Assembly: GCA_024704765.1 (NCBI GenBank) | Contig: JAKMXF010000022.1 | Span: 1 to 64,000, forward strand | Source: Oopsacas minuta | Taxonomy: Eukaryota > Animalia > Porifera | DNA length: 64,000 nucleotides | Direction: 5' to 3' | Shown here: positions 59,673-64,000 of the stretch, in pieces | How positions within the stretch are numbered: position 1 is the stretch's first letter | Layout: each line of letters opens with the position of its first letter | Program-made: the position numbers and the translations under genes | Notes under the pieces: model-generated | Database searches by the model: none | What the model was told of the DNA's origin: nothing | Seen by the model: the letters and a program-made list of their open reading frames with translations, nothing else

Positions 59673-60517
59673 GAGATGAAAAAGGAAACTAAACTGCCTA
59701 ACAGAAATGATAGTATACAAATCAAGGGAACCAAAACTAAATACATTAGCAATAGCTATCCACCTTTGAAAAATCGGCGATATTTTTGTACAATTCAGGG
59801 TAAGGTCATATCCATATTTTGTCATGCCTAATTGTGGAACATTACGTAAAGGCTCCGGAAAATAGTAGTAGAGTACACCATATAAGGAAAGCTTAAATTA
59901 TTACAATTAAGTGGCTAGGATGAGCCCTTGTCGGTAATCTGATGGATTTCTATAATAGCTTCTAAACAATGAGTCCCTAGTGATAATGTTCGGGGAACAT
60001 TATTCACTGTGACACCCGATGTTGACTGTAATTACAGATAAAGGGGCAATCAAGTACGCTGAATCAGAATTTCGCATTTTCTAATTCTAATTTGTAAGTT
60101 TATTGTTGTTTATATGAATATAAAGTAAACAAATTTCTAAATTCGTAGTCCCAGAAACTTGCTTTCAACGCGACGGTAATGGAGTAAGGTGACTGATTCC
60201 GAATTTAGCACTTTCAACATAGTGAAGATCTCACATGTAAATAATTGTTGTTCATATAAAAGATTCGAGACACGTAGTGCTGAGTTAGATGCGAACGTAG
60301 AGTGTTCGCAAGCCTCACACCTTGCGACACTCTACCTCTTGCAGACTTGCAGTTAAAACGCGTTTGACTCGAAATGCTCTTTGGCTATAACTGCACACAA
60401 TGTACCTACATTGGCTACATACAATATACATCAAAATAATTACTGATTGAATTCCTTCCTAATACTTCTAGAACAATATAGTAGTTATCTATTCCGATTA
60501 CTTATAGAGTTATAGTG

Positions 60518-62892
60518 ATGGCCACGGGTCCTGTGTCTCTCCCCAGAGACAACGCTCTTGCGGCTCTCAGAGTGATAGTAGAGGAGAAGAAAGGAGAAGT
60601 GACTAGGAATTTTCTAGAATTAACTACCGCACTAAAAACGTCTGAGGATACAGTGACTAAGAAGTTAGACGAAATATACATTGACACCAGAGAGAGTGTA
60701 GAGAGCAATGAGAGAACAGTGACACAACTTGAACAATCCAAAATTGCCTTTCAAGCTACTTTGGTTGATAATAAAATGAATTTATTCTTACAAAACACTA
60801 TTCAAAGTATTGATGGTCAAATTGCGGAAGTACGTAACTCTACTACAGTTCCTAAGCAGATCTATCTGAGATGGAGGAATGAAGATGTGAAGCAATCTAT
60901 TCACAAGGTTTGTGACGTCATTAGTTCCCCAGCTGCTAACGTAGTAGAAGGCCCTACAATACAATCTATTCAGGTAATTTATTCAAATATGTATACTTGT
61001 ATGAGTTTATAAATTTTAACGATAATATCAAATATATTACCAATATAACTTCATTGGTGTAACATTCCCGAGATCAGAACCCTTGCTCTTTTAACAGGTT
61101 AAAGATACAAGAGAAATTGAGACTCTGAAAACAAGTCATGCTATTGAGAAGGAAGAATTCTTGAAAAGAGAAGAGAAACACAAACAAACTATCACACAAT
61201 TGAAAGGTAGAATTGCTGACAAGGACAGAGAAATATCTTTCAGAGAGGAAAAGTTGAAAAATCTAGAAGAAGAAATGGGTATGTAATATACATTACCTGT
61301 AATACTAATAGTTTGTTTAATATTACGAATTTAATCTGAATACTTTCAGGAAGATTCAGTGAGGAATCTCACCAAATATTCGATAAGTACTCTGAAGATA
61401 AATCTAAATATGACGAATCTGAGACTCATCTAGAAGAAATGAGAAAAGAGCTACTAAAACATAAACATATGTTTACAGTACTAGAAAAGGAAAAACATCA
61501 ATTAGAAGAGACTAATAATGCTCTGATAACTCAAGGAGAAGAGTTTCAGAATGTAATATCAAGTCTGAAGTCTGAAAGAGAAGATTTACACAATCAGTGT
61601 TCAATGATGAGACAACAACAGCAACAGATTGTTACTGATTCTACACGAACAGATGAGGAGATATTATCATTAAAACAACAGATTAAACAACTAAAAGATA
61701 TTATTGCTGTAAAGGATAATGTAATCCAAAAATTTTCCGATTCAGAAGTTGTAACATTACAAAAGAAATATTCAGAATTAGAGCGTGAATTACGTCATTT
61801 GAAAGATACAACTAATCCACCAAATATTACTCATGAAGAAAGGATTTCTGGGACAACTGGAAGAAAGATTGTTAGTTTAGAGGAGAAAATTGGTGAATTA
61901 GAAATAGATTTAACTCTCAAAACAAGTGAATGTGATGATCTAAAGAGAGAGGTTGTTTCCTTAAAATCAGAATTGAAAGAAGCTCAAGATATATTAGCTT
62001 CTAAGTTAGAAAGATCTGAAGATTTAGCTGGTTTATCCGTTAGTCAGAGTTTGGGAGCAGATTTTAATAGAAAGGATTATACATATTACACCCAGCAATC
62101 TACTGGTAAGTTGTTCTAGAATTATGTTAGCAACCAACTTGCAGACGTGTGTAATTGTTACGTCATCACTACCATACAATAGTGTTTTTTTGAACTCTGA
62201 AACACTGATTTCATATACAATATTCAAGGCACACTAGTCATGGGCTAATTCTAATTTAGCTGAACACAACATACAAATTTCCCAGCAGCTAGCTCCTGAA
62301 AATTTATTATATTAATTATTTTCAATCTAATTATTATTCTGTTTAGATGCTGAGCTAATCAGGAATCTAAGAACACAAGTGAAGGAGTATCAAACACAAA
62401 TATCCGATCAGAGTGCTGATATTTCTTATCTTCAAAAACTAAAAGAAGAAAAGTTTACAGAAAATAATATTCTCAGAACTAATCTAGATGATACACTGAA
62501 AGAACTTAAGACTAAGTTACATTTAAAACACACAGAAGAAAATTTATCAGTCACTCAATCTTATTTGAATAAAGAGCAGAATCCTACCAAAGTACAACCA
62601 AAGATAGGTAATTACTTGCTATTTGATAGTAAAATTATTCATATTATATTGTCATTCCTTAGAAGATGGATTGCCATATGATAGCTAATTTAATAATGAG
62701 TAGTCAGCATGAAACACAATTCACACAAATACAACATTACTCGTCATACCCTAAGCCCACCCTATTATGCTATATTTTGTACCTGCATCCTACCAAGATT
62801 AGTCTGTAAGTCGACACCAGGATCATGCTGGGATTCATCTAGACCCTGTTTTACTGTTGAATCACTAACAAATTTTATTTGTGAAACCCAGC

Positions 62893-62966
<74 letters not shown>

Positions 62967-63361
62967 TACACATAGAAACTGTGGCAGAGAAACAACCTCA
63001 ATATGCTAAAGTTGCTGCTAAACAAATTCAACCTAAATACTCTCTTACACGAATTATGTTTAATGGAAAATATCAAGAATTCTATTCATTGAACCAAGTA
63101 GCTGATCCTAATACTCTCAAAGGAGAATTGATACTCTGTAGATCTAAACGGAATTATGATTATGTAGTTGGTACTCTGAAGGTTATTATACCAGCACAAT
63201 ACAAACAAGATAAGGCAATAGCAGGAATAGAGTTTATTGATTCATTAGGAAATAGCAATGGTGAGTTTAGTGGAAAACATTATTTCCAAACTAAGAAATT
63301 TTGTGCTGTTTTCTTACCAATTACTGAGGTTTATATGTCCTATAAACAACAAATGATGTAA
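60518..63361 (+). CDS. Coiled-coil module, long coiled coil and C-terminal divergent CAP-Gly domain, 5 exons, about 680 aa
   Basis: Four phase-checked introns. C-terminus GTLKVI..AGIEFIDSLGNSNGEFSGKHYFQT....VFLP follows the CAP-Gly pattern. Confidence 0.75.
62893..62965. repeat. (ATT) about 24 copies, intronic microsatellite
   Basis: Direct reading; lies in the last intron of the CAP-Gly gene. Confidence 0.95.
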
Positions 63362-64000
63362 GATTCTAGGTAAACCTTTCTTATTTACTTGATATAATGA
63401 TTTCTTTTTCCTTTGCTATTTATGCTGATAATTGTATTATACTTTTCGTATGTTTTTTTATACATTTTTATCCTAGAAGGCTAAAGCAAATTTTTGAAAC
63501 AAGACGGCTACGTAATCTGATAAGCTCAGGGTTCCCTTTAATGAATCCAGGGTATCCTTCCTGATAATTTAACAATTTGAGTGCTTCCATCAGGAATTTA
63601 TAAGACATATTTTACGAAATTTGTCCTAAGTATGCCTATAGATAAAATCCTCTGAACTATTGCCTGTATGGGCTGTACATTAGATACCTTCTATCAGTTA
63701 ATTGAAGGGAACACTGGACCAACCTGTGGTTGTGTTTAGTATGATAAGTTGGAATTTAGTATATTTAGTGTAATACGTATATTGAGGTAGGACAATTAAC
63801 GTAATGTATGTCAAACTGTACTCCGAATATTCATATAATGTCTGTAGTATTGTATATTTATACTTAATATTTTCAGTGTATGTATTCGAGAGTTTCAACC
63901 CTGCGTTATAACTTATAAGTTTTAATTAAGGTTAACGATAATCCCTTATTCCAGAATTAGATATTGAATAATGACAGCTACATCAATTCCTGCATTCAAT

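Noticed and set aside
60297-60335. 15-bp-stem hairpin in the divergent promoter (another near 59980-60006)
   Set aside because: Single short stems with no box motifs or termini; no function can be supported.

Overview
AT-rich, gene-dense eukaryotic DNA with mostly 42-80 nt GT-AG introns. The gene set (Ssdp, ENY2, DAPP1, PTTG1IP-like, Ig/EGF receptor) indicates an animal; a compact-genome sponge such as a hexactinellid is my unverified guess. Splicing by hand gives about 30 host genes: 26 on the minus strand in three long co-directional runs and 4 on plus. Recognisable genes are CBS, POLR2M-like, ZNF830, NDUFB11-like, ENY2, CD2BP2, Ssdp/SSBP (micro-exons, missed by the ORF track), PITPNC1, two PTTG1IP-like, ACP5-like, TRMT10C, GMPR, PMS2, WDR35, YTHDF-like, DAPP1 and TMEM41B. 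There is one intact DD37E Tc1-like transposon in the ZNF830 intron, several MITEs and a 29-bp minisatellite. Main leads: (1) operon-like gene runs with unpaired splice acceptors just before many start codons, suggesting spliced-leader trans-splicing; (2) a recurring coiled-coil plus W...C module fused to four different C-terminal domains; (3) unusual architectures (PH-Costars-LIM, C-terminal CAP-Gly, tandem CBM48-like paralogs); (4) 28-34 bp elements shared upstream of unrelated genes; (5) three frameshifts, including one in CBS, that may be assembly errors. No rRNA, full tRNA or CRISPR array was found. All domain calls come from recalled motifs, not database searches.
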